Positions 63,989 to 64,000 of a stretch of DNA of 64,000 nt are shown here, one piece after another. This DNA is from Nitrospirales bacterium (lineage in GTDB: Bacteria > Nitrospirota > Nitrospiria > Nitrospirales > UBA8639), in assembly GCA_965203295.1 (NCBI GenBank), contig CBDBCZ010000014.1:128001-192000 (forward strand), read 5' to 3'. Position 1 is the stretch's first letter; the number at the start of each line of letters is the position of its first letter. The translations under genes were made by a program, and so were the position numbers. The notes below the pieces were generated by a model. That model made no database searches. It was not told the origin of the DNA and saw only the letters and a list, made by a program, of their open reading frames with translations.

Positions 63989-64000
63989 GTTTGCTAACTG

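Overview
Eukaryotic, intron-rich genomic DNA. A demosponge or other early-branching marine invertebrate is my inference from the receptor domain mix, short introns and repeat families; it is not proven. Most of the window is a tandem array of four same-strand paralogs of a large single-pass receptor. Copy A is present as its 3' end only (563-4046) and is diverged; copies B (13652-25777), C (28344-39543) and D (44181-59402) are complete. Manual splicing of copy B gives 21 coding exons with consistent phases, 3702 nt, 1233 aa. The architecture is signal peptide-SRCR-FN3-SRCR-FN3-FN3-Ig-FN3-FN3(RRRR furin-type site)-FN3-Cys-rich juxtamembrane domain-Ser/Thr stalk-TM-short tail ending TTNL. The array shows divergence concentrated at the N-terminal tip, a chimeric middle copy, exon-limited homogenisation, paralog-specific tail tyrosines, matched spare cysteines in neighbouring domains, a GC-AG intron and a (CA)n splice acceptor. 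Introns and spacers carry many DNA transposons. These include a three-level nest in copy D intron 1 (MITE inside a two-gene P element inside a pogo remnant), a 4.3 kb CACTG-ended foldback-like element, Helentron-type HINEs and tiny TAG..CTA palindromes with 9-bp TSDs. The right end holds a sigma-class GST remnant and an intron-containing Xi-class GST (glutathionyl-hydroquinone reductase) that runs off the window.
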